Shown piece by piece: positions 9,433 to 19,391 of a DNA stretch of 64,000 nt; the first letter of the stretch is position 1, and the number at the start of each line of letters is the position of its first letter. The stretch lies in NCBI GenBank assembly GCA_964488095.1, contig CAZATP010000013.1, positions 3,576-67,575 on the forward strand. Direction: 5' to 3'. Source of the stretch: an uncultured Chryseobacterium sp. (GTDB taxonomy: Bacteria > Bacteroidota > Bacteroidia > UBA10329). A program made the position numbers and the translations under genes. The notes beneath the pieces were generated by a model. The model was given only the letters and a program-made list of their open reading frames with translations. It was not told where the DNA came from and did no database searches.

Positions 9433-10809
9433 CTACTTCCCGATGCAGAACCGCGAGAAGATGTTGCCCAGCAGGTCGTCCGTGGTGATCTGCCCGGTGA
9501 TCTCGCCCAAGTGATAGAGGGCCTTGCGGATGTCGATGGCCACCAGATCGCTGGGGACACCGTTCGCGAATCCGTGCAGCACCTGCTGCAGCGATTGTGC
9601 GGCCGCACTCAGCGCCTCCACATGGCGTTGGTTGGTAACGATGGTCTGGTCCTGATCAAGGGCGGTTAGGTCCACATGTGCACGCAGGTGGCTCACCAAC
9701 GCGTCAATACCTGTGCGTTCCTTGGCAGATATGGGTAGCGCACCGAAGCTTTCGAAATCTTTCCGTCTGTTTTCGGGGGCGCGGTCGATCTTGTTGGCCA
9801 CTGTGATGAGCCGTCCGTCCAGGTCGGGTATGCGTTGTCGCAAAGCGTCCAGTTCTGTGGCCACCTGTTCGGGGGTGTAGGTCGATACATCGAATAGGAA
9901 CAGCACGATATCAGCCTCCTTGGATTTCTGGAGCGTGCGTTCGATGCCAAGATGCTCGATAACATCGGTGGTCTCCCTGATGCCGGCCGTGTCCACGAAT
10001 CGGAAGCGGATGCCGTCTATCACCATCTCGTCCTCAACGGTGTCGCGGGTGGTGCCGGCAATCTCCGAAACGATGGCACGCTCCTCGTTCAGCAGCGCAT
10101 TCAGCAGGGTCGATTTGCCCGCATTCGGCTCACCGATAATGGTCACCTGCACGCCTTCCTTGATTACATTGCCCAGTTCGAACGAGCCGATGAGTCTCGC
10201 GATCACCTGTAGGATGTCGTTCACCAGAGCGGTCATGGCCCTTCGGTCGGCAAACTCCACGTCCTCCTCCGCAAAGTCCAGTTCCAGCTCGATGAGCGAG
10301 GCGAAATCCATCAACTTCTGGCGCAGGTCCAGCAATTCCCGGCTGAATCCGCCTCGCATCTGATGCATCGCCACCTTGTGGGCCGCGGCCGTTGTGGAGG
10401 AGATCAGGTCACCGATGGCCTCGGCCTGAGAGAGGTCCATTTTCCTGTTCAGGAAGGCACGCATGGCATATTCACCGGGCCGCGCCATGCGGCATCCGGC
10501 CGACCCGAGCAGTCGCAGCACCTTCTGCTGAATGAACACCGAGCCATGGCAACTGATCTCCACGCTGTCCTCGCCCGTAAAGGACCGGGGGCCTTTGAAA
10601 ACGCTCACCAGCACCTCGTCCACGGCCTCACCACCGTCCATGATCTTTCCGAAAAGGATGGTGTGCCCTTTGGCATCGGCCAGTCGTTTGCCTGCTGGGT
10701 GGCGGAAAACGCTGTCCACCAGCGCAAAGGTGTCTTTGCCCGATACCCTTATCACTGCGATGGCACCTACGCCTGCCGCAGTGGCAAGCGCCATGATGGT
10801 ATCATCCAT
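9433..10809 (-). CDS. mnmE: tRNA modification GTPase MnmE
   Basis: N-terminal MDDTIMALATAAGVGAIAVIRVSG, G-domain GEPNAGKSTLLNALL…DTAGIRET, and C-terminal …FCIGK are MnmE hallmarks. I chose the start by analogy to MnmE N-termini; the upstream ATG at 10857 is an alternative. Confidence 0.85.
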   Translation of the reverse strand: MDDTIMALATAAGVGAIAVIRVSGKDTFALVDSVFRHPAGKRLADAKGHTILFGKIMDGGEAVDEVLVSVFKGPRSFTGEDSVEISCHGSVFIQQKVLRLLGSAGCRMARPGEYAMRAFLNRKMDLSQAEAIGDLISSTTAAAHKVAMHQMRGGFSRELLDLRQKLMDFASLIELELDFAEEDVEFADRRAMTALVNDILQVIARLIGSFELGNVIKEGVQVTIIGEPNAGKSTLLNALLNEERAIVSEIAGTTRDTVEDEMVIDGIRFRFVDTAGIRETTDVIEHLGIERTLQKSKEADIVLFLFDVSTYTPEQVATELDALRQRIPDLDGRLITVANKIDRAPENRRKDFESFGALPISAKERTGIDALVSHLRAHVDLTALDQDQTIVTNQRHVEALSAAAQSLQQVLHGFANGVPSDLVAIDIRKALYHLGEITGQITTDDLLGNIFSRFCIGK

Positions 10810-10958
10810 ATGCACAAGTGAGGAGTTCATTCCGAGTGATGGCGGTGATTCGTGCAAAGATGGGCCGAGCTGACCTCTTGGAAGGTCATGAAAACGAAAA
10901 GCCCTGTTCCGAACATCGGAACAGGGCCATTTCTATGGGATCAGAGGTAAGCCTTGGC

Positions 10959-11237
10959 TTACTTCACTGCGTCAGAAAGCTCGCTACCGGCCTTGAAACG
11001 AACCACGTTCTTGGCAGCGATCTTGATTTCTTTGCCAGTCTGTGGGTTGCGTCCAGTACGGGCTTCTCTCGTAGAAACAGAGAAAGAACCGAAGCCTACA
11101 AGAGACACACGGCCATCTTTCTTCTTCAGTTCAGCAGTAGTAACACTTACGAATGCGTCAAGTGCTTTCTTAGCATCAGCTTTAGAAAGACCAGCCTCGT
11201 TTGCAATTGCTTCAATGAGTTCTGCTTTGTTTGCCAT
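10959..11237 (-). CDS. hup: HU family nucleoid DNA-binding protein
   Basis: 92 aa, MANKAELIEAIA…GFGSF…RNPQTGKEI is the HU/IHF signature. Confidence 0.85.
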   Translation of the reverse strand: MANKAELIEAIANEAGLSKADAKKALDAFVSVTTAELKKKDGRVSLVGFGSFSVSTREARTGRNPQTGKEIKIAAKNVVRFKAGSELSDAVK

Positions 11238-11430
11238 TTTGTTTTGGTTTGTTTAATGGGTTTAACAATGATTTGCCCGACAAATATAGCCGCCTCTCCA
11301 TACGGGCTGCGGGATTGAGTATGGAACAGGGCTTTTTGTTGATAAAAGCGGGGCTTTGTTCATAACCGTGGTCTGCATGCCCCGTCAATACTGACATTCA
11401 TGCATTCTCGGCTACGAAAAACACGTAAAA

Positions 11431-12393
11431 TCACCCTGTGATGGCTGTGTCTGAGATGTCGAACCCGTTCAGGAATTCCCCGACCGTCATTCTCCTTTTT
11501 CCAGAAAGTTGCACTTCCAGCAGCGAAAGTTGCCCGTCTTTGCATTGCACATGGAGGAAAGTCCGTCCATCAGAACTCAACTGGCCCGGTGCCCCGGATG
11601 CGGAATCGGCCACCACCTGCGAGCGGAAGATTTTCAGGACGAAGACTTCGTCCCCCGTTCTAATCTCGGTGAATGCGGAAGGATAGGGCGAAAGGCCGCG
11701 GATGTGGTTGAATATATCGGCCGCGCTTCTACCCCAGTCAATGCGGCAGAAATCCTTGAAGATCTTTGGAGCACCGAAAAGCTCTTCCTGGAGAATTCCG
11801 GTCTGCGGGATGGCTGCCACATTTCCGGTTGCGATTCTTCGGACCGTTTCTACCACCAGCCGTGCCCCGATGGCCATCAAACGGTCGTGCAGTTCGCCTG
11901 CGGTTTCCTCGGGCCCGATAGGCGTTTTCTCCTGAAGGATGATGTTGCCTGTGTCAATCTCCTGCTCAAGGAAGAAGGTGGTGACCCCCGTCTCCTTGGC
12001 ACCCGAGATGATCGCGTGGTTGATAGGGGCGGCACCACGGAACTGTGGGAGCAGCGAAGCATGCAGATTGAACGTGCCTTTCGCAGGCATGGCCCAAACG
12101 GCCTGAGGCAGCATTCGGAAGGCGACCACCACTTGTAGCGTGGCTTTGTAAGACCATAACTCTTCAAGGAACGCTTCGGACCGGAGGTTCGTGGGCTGTA
12201 GCACCGGAAGACCGTGTTGCACGGCAAAGGCCTTCACAGCCGAGGGTTGCAGCTTCATTCCTCGGCCAGCGGGCCTGTCGGGCGCGGTGATCACGGCCAC
12301 CACGTTGCAGCTCGCAGCCACAAGCGCGGAAAGGGAGGCCACCGCGAACTCTGGTGTGCCCATGAATATGATACGCTCATCCGCCAATGCCAT
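11431..12393 (-). CDS. fmt: methionyl-tRNA formyltransferase
   Basis: IIFMGTPEFAV…; …NLHASLLPQFRGAAPI… formyltransferase motif. Confidence 0.85.
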   Translation of the reverse strand: MALADERIIFMGTPEFAVASLSALVAASCNVVAVITAPDRPAGRGMKLQPSAVKAFAVQHGLPVLQPTNLRSEAFLEELWSYKATLQVVVAFRMLPQAVWAMPAKGTFNLHASLLPQFRGAAPINHAIISGAKETGVTTFFLEQEIDTGNIILQEKTPIGPEETAGELHDRLMAIGARLVVETVRRIATGNVAAIPQTGILQEELFGAPKIFKDFCRIDWGRSAADIFNHIRGLSPYPSAFTEIRTGDEVFVLKIFRSQVVADSASGAPGQLSSDGRTFLHVQCKDGQLSLLEVQLSGKRRMTVGEFLNGFDISDTAITG

Positions 12394-12441
12394 GGTGTGC
12401 TATGCTATGAGTAAAAGCGAGGTCTATTGGCCTTTGGACCA

Positions 12442-13779
12442 TCATTCGGAAATCACCGGAAGATTCTTCCAACGGCCGCTCCAAAGGTAGAGGGTGGCCA
12501 AAATCCCGATGCTCGTGAAATAGACCATCTCGGCCGACCAGACCAGATACAGCGGCCAATGCCAGAGGTTCACAGTGGCCCAGGTGAACGAGAAGTAAAA
12601 CAGCAGGGTGGTCACCTCTATAAGTAGGGCCATGCGTGTGGCCCCCGTTCCTGAGACCGATGCCAGCAGATTCATGGCCACGGAGAAGAAAAGGATGCAG
12701 AGTGATAACATATAGACCACGGGGATGGCACCCTCCACCAATCCGCTGTCGTCTGTGAAGATGTTGAGCAGCAGAGTAGGGGCAAGGAGATTGATTAGCA
12801 GCACCGCAGTGGAGCACCCGAGGCTCAGCAGAACGATTCTGACGATGAGTTTGCGAAGCAGCTCCGGGCGGTGCTGTCCCAGCAGATTGCTCACCAGGGT
12901 CTGCGTGGCCTGCGAGATGCCTATGAGCGGTATCATCAGCACGGAATACACGCTGCGGGCCACATTGGAAATGGCCAGTTGCCGCTCTCCCATTCCCTCG
13001 ATCAATGTGAAGAACGCCAGCCACGAGCATAGCGCCACCACGTGCTGCAGCATCACCGGAAGGCCCATGTTGAGAATGGAGAGCGTCACGGTCCTGCCGG
13101 GCAGGGGGAATCTGAAACACCTGTAGTCGAGCCCCAGTTCCCTTGCCTTCACCCATACCATGATGAAGATGAGGCTGAGCAGTTCGGCCAGCACAGAGGC
13201 CAATGCCGCGCCCTCCAGTTCCATTCTGGGGAATCCCCATTTGCCGAATACCAACAGATAATTGAACAGCACATTGGCCAAGGCCATGGCCACACTGGCA
13301 TAGGAAATGGCCTTGGTGTTGCTCACACCTGTGAGGAACGCCCTGTATGCGAGAAAGAGGAATGCTGGCAGGAATCCCAGAACGCGGATGTCCAGATAGT
13401 CGAGCAGCCCTTGACGGATGGCATCACTGGTGATGACGTGTGCGAGCACGGTGGGTGTTACCAGGGCATGGATGCCCCAGAGCAGCAGCACCATGGCCAA
13501 CATCAGGTAAAGCAGATGGTCGAACACCTCTCCGATATCCTGCTGTCGGCCTTCGCCATCCAACCGCGCCATGATGATCTGCGCACCGATGCCCAGACCC
13601 ACTGCGGCCATCAGGAAAATGAGGTAATAGATGCCGCCCAGCCCTACGGCCCCGAGCGCCACATCGCTGACCCGCCCCAGAAAAGCGGCATCGGTCACGT
13701 TGATCACAGTGAATGCCACACCGCTCATGATAAGCGGATAGCTCACCTGCCAGATGTTACGGTAGGAAATGGATTCCAT
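12442..13779 (-). CDS. MATE family efflux transporter
   Basis: 445 aa, 12 TM segments. N-terminal …YRNIWQVSYPLIMSG… is typical of the MATE/NorM family. Confidence 0.75.
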   Translation of the reverse strand: MESISYRNIWQVSYPLIMSGVAFTVINVTDAAFLGRVSDVALGAVGLGGIYYLIFLMAAVGLGIGAQIIMARLDGEGRQQDIGEVFDHLLYLMLAMVLLLWGIHALVTPTVLAHVITSDAIRQGLLDYLDIRVLGFLPAFLFLAYRAFLTGVSNTKAISYASVAMALANVLFNYLLVFGKWGFPRMELEGAALASVLAELLSLIFIMVWVKARELGLDYRCFRFPLPGRTVTLSILNMGLPVMLQHVVALCSWLAFFTLIEGMGERQLAISNVARSVYSVLMIPLIGISQATQTLVSNLLGQHRPELLRKLIVRIVLLSLGCSTAVLLINLLAPTLLLNIFTDDSGLVEGAIPVVYMLSLCILFFSVAMNLLASVSGTGATRMALLIEVTTLLFYFSFTWATVNLWHWPLYLVWSAEMVYFTSIGILATLYLWSGRWKNLPVISE

Positions 13780-13887
13780 TTCTGATGAAATGGCTGAGTG
13801 TTAGACTTGGTCCCTTCCCCAATTCAGTGGAAGGAACGGTAATGCCCTATGCGTGGCGGCCATCCGCTCAATGGCCTCCGCGCGAGG

Positions 13888-15852
13888 TCATTTCTTCGGT
13901 TTGCCCTTGAACTTGGTGGAGAAGGGCTTGGCTGCAGCCGCAGGCTTCGGACTTGCTCCGAAACGCTTGGCGAACTTGTCGCGGTTGGTTCCGGAAGCGC
14001 TTGCCGGGCGGTCATCGCGGTCGCGGCTGAAGGAAGGCTTGTAGCCACCTTCCCCGCGCGGCTTCTCGTCCCTTGGGCGGTCTTCCCTGCTGCCATAGGT
14101 CTTGCGGGGTGCGAAACCTTCGTCCTTTCTCGGATTAGGGGCATACGGCTTCTTGAAGCCGCTGCTGCCCTCGTCCCTGCGACCGAAGGATGGTTTCTGG
14201 GAGAAATCCTTGTCCGGTGCATCCTCCAGCACAATCTCCCGACCTCCACGGTCGGCATTCCGAAGTGCGGCCCTGAGGGCATCGGCATACTCGGCATCAA
14301 TCTCGAATACGCTCACGGTGTTCAACACTTCTATCTTCCCGATCTCCACATCCCTGCGGTTCAGCTGGTCGTTGAGGAAACCGATGAGTGAAGAAGGATT
14401 GACATTGTCGCGTCTGCCCACGTTGATCTTGAACTTGGACATCGGTGCACCTGTTCCACGCGCGCTGCTCAGTTTGTTGAACTGTGGCTCGCTGTCCAAA
14501 CGCTCACGCTTCACTTTGCGGTCGCGCTCACCGGCATTGAGGTCGGGAGCATTCTTATAATAGTTGAGGAACGTGCTGAACTCGTGCGTCACCAGTTTTT
14601 TGATGATGGTCTCCCTGTCAAGTCCTTCCAGCTGTTCGAGCACGGCAGGCAGGTATTTCGCCACCTGTTTCTCATCCACTTCGAGGTTGCTGATCTTGTC
14701 CATGATGTGGAAAAGCTGCTTCTCGCAGATTTCCTTGCCGCTGGGCACGGGCTGTTGCTCGAATCTGCGACCGAGCTTTTTCTCAATGGCGCGCAGCTTG
14801 TTCACCTCGCGGCTGTGCACAATGGCGATGGAGATACCGGTCTTGCCAGCACGGCCTGTTCTTCCGCTGCGGTGTATGTAGGCCTCGGCCTCGTCCGGAA
14901 GACTGTAGTTGATCACGTGGGTCAGGTCGTTCACGTCCAGACCGCGTGCCGCCACGTCCGTGGCCACAAGCAGTTGCAGATGGCGCGTGCGGAAACGGCC
15001 CATGATGGTATCGCGCTGCGCCTGCGATAGGTCGCCATGCAGTGCGTCAGCATTGTAGCCGTCCGTCATCAGCTTGTTGGCGATCTCCTGCGTCTCTCTC
15101 CGTGTGCGGCAGAAGACGATGCCGTATACATCCGGGTTGAGGTCAGCAATCCGTTTCAGGGCATCATACTTGTCTCGGGCACTTACCAGGTAGAACACGT
15201 GTTCGATGGTGGCCGCACCGGTGCTGTCCGACTTCACCTTCACCTCCACGGGGTTGTGCATGTACTTATTGGAGATGCTGCGGATCTCGGGCGGCATAGT
15301 GGCCGAGAAGAGCAGGGTGCGCTTCTCCTTCGGGGTCTCTGCCAGGATCAGGTCCAGATCGTCTTTGAAGCCCATGTTGAGCATCTCATCGGCCTCGTCC
15401 AGCACAAGGAACTGTACATCACCGAGCTTCAGAGCTCCACGGTTGATGAGGTCTACAGTGCGACCGGGAGTGCCGATCACCACCTGTGCACCGCGCTTCA
15501 GCCCGCGGATCTGGGTGTCCATGCTGGCACCGCCATACACGGCCACTGTGCGCACCGGCATGTGGGCCGAGAAGGCCTCCATGTCCTTGGCGATCTGCAG
15601 GCAGAGTTCGCGGGTGGGGCAGAGCACGATGCACTGCACGCTCATCGAATCGGTGTCCAGCTGATGCAGCACCGGAAGGCTGAACGCAGCGGTCTTCCCT
15701 GTGCCGGTCTGCGCGAGGGCAATGAGGTCGCCCTCACCGTTCAGCACCTGTGGGATGCTCTGTTCCTGAATGGGGGTGGGGGTGACGAAACTTAATCCGT
15801 CAAGGGCCTGCACCAGCTCGGGGCGCAGTCCCAGTTCTTTAAAAGAAGGCAT
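13888..15852 (-). CDS. deaD: DEAD-box ATP-dependent RNA helicase (DeaD/CsdA-like) with long basic RG/K-rich C-terminal tail
   Basis: Q-motif, AQTGTGKT, DEAD (LVLDEAD), SAT and HRSGRTGRAG are all present. The C-terminal ~150 aa are Arg/Gly/Lys/Asp-rich and low-complexity. Confidence 0.8.
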   Translation of the reverse strand: MPSFKELGLRPELVQALDGLSFVTPTPIQEQSIPQVLNGEGDLIALAQTGTGKTAAFSLPVLHQLDTDSMSVQCIVLCPTRELCLQIAKDMEAFSAHMPVRTVAVYGGASMDTQIRGLKRGAQVVIGTPGRTVDLINRGALKLGDVQFLVLDEADEMLNMGFKDDLDLILAETPKEKRTLLFSATMPPEIRSISNKYMHNPVEVKVKSDSTGAATIEHVFYLVSARDKYDALKRIADLNPDVYGIVFCRTRRETQEIANKLMTDGYNADALHGDLSQAQRDTIMGRFRTRHLQLLVATDVAARGLDVNDLTHVINYSLPDEAEAYIHRSGRTGRAGKTGISIAIVHSREVNKLRAIEKKLGRRFEQQPVPSGKEICEKQLFHIMDKISNLEVDEKQVAKYLPAVLEQLEGLDRETIIKKLVTHEFSTFLNYYKNAPDLNAGERDRKVKRERLDSEPQFNKLSSARGTGAPMSKFKINVGRRDNVNPSSLIGFLNDQLNRRDVEIGKIEVLNTVSVFEIDAEYADALRAALRNADRGGREIVLEDAPDKDFSQKPSFGRRDEGSSGFKKPYAPNPRKDEGFAPRKTYGSREDRPRDEKPRGEGGYKPSFSRDRDDRPASASGTNRDKFAKRFGASPKPAAAAKPFSTKFKGKPKK

Positions 15853-16094
15853 GGGTATGATTTGAATGTGATGGCCACAGCAGATTGCTCTGAGCCTGAT
15901 GGGAGATGATTACGCTGAAAGGTTGACAACCGACCCTTCCGGACCATCAATCCCATCAATGAGGGTGCAAAAGTAGTTAAAATCCGATAGGTTCAGCATG
16001 GTGCTGATTGCAAGCATGTTAAGGAATGTAAAAACCATGGAAACTTTTTTCATACTGAAAGTTTCCGTTGTTTCCTGTGAAGTACTTTTGCCGC

Positions 16095-16727
16095 ATGGAT
16101 CAGAAGTGCGAACAGATGCTCAAGCAGGTCGCTGACCTGTTCATGCAGTTCGGAGTGCGCAGTCTCACCATGGATGACATTGCACGTCATCTCGGCATTT
16201 CCAAGAAAACCCTCTACCAGTGTTTCGCAGACAAGGCGGAGATGGTGGAGAAGACCATGGCCGCCCATATCGATCACGACACCGCCATGGTGGAGCAGAT
16301 CCATGCCGGTGCAGCCAATGCCATTGAAGAGATGTTTCTCATCGCCCAACAGGTGGGACAGCACCTGACCCAGATCCATCCCAGCATTCTCTTTGACCTG
16401 GAGAAATACTACCCCAACGCCTACAGGCGTTTCACAGATTACAAGCACAAGACCATCCGCAATGTGATTGAACGCAACATGACCGATGGGATGGCGCAGG
16501 GGCTTTATAGGGACAACCTGAATCCACACATCATATCGGGGCTTTATGTTGGCCGCATCGATGTGTTCTTTGACCGTGAACTGTTTCCGCCCAATGAGAC
16601 CAGCCCTGCACAGGTCTACGTGGAGACCATCCGCTATCACATCCGTGGCATTGCCAGCGAGCAAGGCATCGCCTATCTGCAGGAAAAGTTCCGCAACATG
16701 GACAATACCCAACTGAATATCTTCTGA
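16095..16727 (+). CDS. TetR/AcrR family transcriptional regulator
   Basis: HTH FGVRSLTMDDIARHLGISKKTLYQCF at the N-terminus. Sits directly upstream of the TolC/adaptor/RND genes. Confidence 0.75.
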   Translation: MDQKCEQMLKQVADLFMQFGVRSLTMDDIARHLGISKKTLYQCFADKAEMVEKTMAAHIDHDTAMVEQIHAGAANAIEEMFLIAQQVGQHLTQIHPSILFDLEKYYPNAYRRFTDYKHKTIRNVIERNMTDGMAQGLYRDNLNPHIISGLYVGRIDVFFDRELFPPNETSPAQVYVETIRYHIRGIASEQGIAYLQEKFRNMDNTQLNIF

Positions 16728-18067
16728 TGATGAGACAAAAGCTCATTACCATTGCCCTGTTACTTCCGCTATGCGCTGCCGCACAGCAGAAGGAAACAGT
16801 GAAACTGAGCCTTCAGCAGGCCAAGGACCACGCCCTGCAGCACAGCTTTGAGGCCAAGGGGGCGGCCCTCGACATCCAGCAGGCCGACAAGGACATCTGG
16901 ATGGCCACGGCACGCCTGCTGCCCAGAGTGGACGGAGAGGTGAGTTTCAACAACTATCTGGATTTGCCAACCTCGCTGCTGCCTTCCGAGTTTGCTGGCC
17001 AGCCTCCGGGCGGAGAGCCCATAGCGCTCCAATTCGGGCAGCCTTACACGATGAACGTGGGCGGTTCGGCCAGCATGCCGTTGTTCAACGGCACATATCT
17101 CATCGGCCTGAAGGGTGCGAAGGGGCTGAAACAGTTGCAGGCCACCAAGAGCAAGGTGATTGGGTATGAGATCGTGGCCAAGGCAGAAGAGAACTATTTC
17201 ACCGCATTGGTGGCAGCCGAGAATGCGCGCATTCTGAAGGATAATCTGGTGAACCTGAAGAAGACCTTCACCGAGACCTCTGCCCTGTTCGAGAGTGGAT
17301 TCGCAGAGCAGATGGATGTGGACCAGATGGAGCTGTTGGTGACCACCATGGAGAACCAGATCAGCATGGCCGAGCGTCAGGCCGAGGCTGCCAAGAACCT
17401 GCTGAAATACACCATTGGTATGCCTGTGGAGACGCCTGTTGAGCTCTCTGATGGGCTCGAACTGCTCTGGCAGTCTGCCAATCCCGAACAGCTGCTGTCC
17501 AAGGAATTCAAGGCATCCAGCAATATCAATTTCAATCTGGTGAATCAGGATGTGGTGATGCACAAGTATCTCACGCAGATAGAGCAGTCGAAGTATCTGC
17601 CCACGCTGAGCGCCTTTTTCAATTACCAGCAGCAGGCGTTCGGAGACAAGTTCAACTTTTTCAGCAGTGATGGCCGTTGGTTCCCGCTCTCCCTTTGGGG
17701 CGTTACGCTCAATGTGCCCATCTGGGACAACCTCGGCAATCTGGCCTCCATCAAGAAGGCCAAGTTGGAGGAGCAGCGCAAGCGCGATCAACGCTCCTAC
17801 GTGGAGGAAGGCTTGAAACTGCGCCACCTCACCGCCAAAGACAATTTCAGCAGCAGCGTAGAACAGTTGGCCAATGCCGAGAAAGGGTTGCGGTTGGCCC
17901 GCAGCGTGCGTTCGACCGTGCTGGTCAAATACACCGAGGGTCTGAGCACCAGCATGGACCTCACGCAGGCCGAGAACCAGCTCACGCAGGCGCAGGCCGA
18001 TTACATCAACCGCCTTTTCGCTGCACTCGATGCCAAGCTGGAGCTGAGCAGGGTGTTTGAGGAATAG
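16727..18067 (+). CDS. TolC family outer-membrane efflux protein
   Basis: Signal peptide followed by two repeated OEP halves. Start overlaps the tetR stop. Confidence 0.8.
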   Translation: MMRQKLITIALLLPLCAAAQQKETVKLSLQQAKDHALQHSFEAKGAALDIQQADKDIWMATARLLPRVDGEVSFNNYLDLPTSLLPSEFAGQPPGGEPIALQFGQPYTMNVGGSASMPLFNGTYLIGLKGAKGLKQLQATKSKVIGYEIVAKAEENYFTALVAAENARILKDNLVNLKKTFTETSALFESGFAEQMDVDQMELLVTTMENQISMAERQAEAAKNLLKYTIGMPVETPVELSDGLELLWQSANPEQLLSKEFKASSNINFNLVNQDVVMHKYLTQIEQSKYLPTLSAFFNYQQQAFGDKFNFFSSDGRWFPLSLWGVTLNVPIWDNLGNLASIKKAKLEEQRKRDQRSYVEEGLKLRHLTAKDNFSSSVEQLANAEKGLRLARSVRSTVLVKYTEGLSTSMDLTQAENQLTQAQADYINRLFAALDAKLELSRVFEE

Positions 18068-18130
18068 TCATAACCCGCTCACATTCAGATAATCACACGT
18101 TTGAACCAACACCTTCACAATTCAACAAGG

Positions 18131-19267
18131 ATGAAAAACCCGAACATTTATCTCCTCGCGGCCGTGCTGCTGCTATCAGCCTGCGGTGGAAACAGCGACA
18201 CGCCCGAGGCCAAGAAGAAGCTGCTGGAGGCCAAGCAGATGGAACTGGCCAAACTGGAGGCCGAGGTGCGCGGACTGCAGGCGGAACTTCGGATGACCGG
18301 TGATTCGACCGCTTCGGATGCAGATGGCATACTGGTGGCCGTGAAGGTGCTCGGGCCAGAGACCTTTGAGCATTATTTCGAGGTGAATGGCAGTGTGGAG
18401 GCCATCGAGCAGGCCAACCTGAGCCCCGAACAGGGCGGCCAGATCAAGCGTGTGAACGTGAAAGAGGGCGATGCGGTGAAGGCCGGGCAGGTATTGGCCA
18501 CGCTCAATACGAGCGTCATCAGCAGCAGCCTGCAGGAGTTGGAGAGCGGACTGGCCCTGGCCCGTACCACCTATGAGCGGCAGGCCAAGCTATGGGAGCA
18601 GAAGATCGGCTCTGAGATGCAGTATCTGCAGGCCAAGAACCAGGTGGAGAGCCTGGAGAAGAAGCGTAGCACCCTACAGGCGCAGATGGCCATGAGCACC
18701 ATCACCGCACCTTTCAACGGAGTGGTGGATGTGGTGCATCAGAAAGAGGGCGAACTTGCCGCTCCGGGCATGCCCATCATCACGCTGGTCAATGTCTCAC
18801 AACTTAAGGTGAAAGCCGATGTGAGCGAGAACTATGCGAAGGCGGTGCGCAGAGGACAGCAGGCCGAGGTGAGGCTTCCTTCGTTCGGAACGACATTGAC
18901 CGCTCCCATCACCAACGTGGGGAGCATCATCAACCCTGCCAACCGCTCTTTCAGCGTGGAGGTTCGTGTGAGCAATCCGGACGGCACCTTGAAGCCCAAT
19001 GCCGTGGGCATTCTGCGCATTCAGGATTTCATGGCGGAGAAGGCCATGGTGGTGCCCAGCATCTGCGTGGGCAAGGACGCCAAGGGCAGCTTCCTGTTCC
19101 TGGTGCGCAGCGAGGATGGCAAGGACAAGGCCGTGAAGACCTATGTGACCACCGACCGCAGCAGTGAGGGCAACACGCTGGTTACAGCAGGACTGAAGCC
19201 CGGTGACAGCGTGATCGTGGCGGGATACAACGAGGTGGCCAACGGGAATATCGTACGAGTTCAGTAA
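18131..19267 (+). CDS. efflux RND transporter periplasmic adaptor subunit (HlyD/MFP)
   Basis: Lipobox LLSACGG, a coiled-coil hairpin region, and biotinyl-lipoyl/beta-barrel segments. Confidence 0.8.
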   Translation: MKNPNIYLLAAVLLLSACGGNSDTPEAKKKLLEAKQMELAKLEAEVRGLQAELRMTGDSTASDADGILVAVKVLGPETFEHYFEVNGSVEAIEQANLSPEQGGQIKRVNVKEGDAVKAGQVLATLNTSVISSSLQELESGLALARTTYERQAKLWEQKIGSEMQYLQAKNQVESLEKKRSTLQAQMAMSTITAPFNGVVDVVHQKEGELAAPGMPIITLVNVSQLKVKADVSENYAKAVRRGQQAEVRLPSFGTTLTAPITNVGSIINPANRSFSVEVRVSNPDGTLKPNAVGILRIQDFMAEKAMVVPSICVGKDAKGSFLFLVRSEDGKDKAVKTYVTTDRSSEGNTLVTAGLKPGDSVIVAGYNEVANGNIVRVQ

Positions 19268-19391
19268 GGGTTTCAGGTTCAGGGTTTCAAGTTGGGAGCT
19301 ATTCAGTTGCGATGCGCCCGATCCGGTAGGTTCAACTGATAGCGCATTGAACCTGAAGCATTAGGCCTTAAACGTTAAACACATTGTTTTC

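Noticed and set aside
16769-17827. 352-aa minus-strand ORF
   Set aside because: Antisense to the TolC gene within a clear TetR-TolC-MFP-RND operon.
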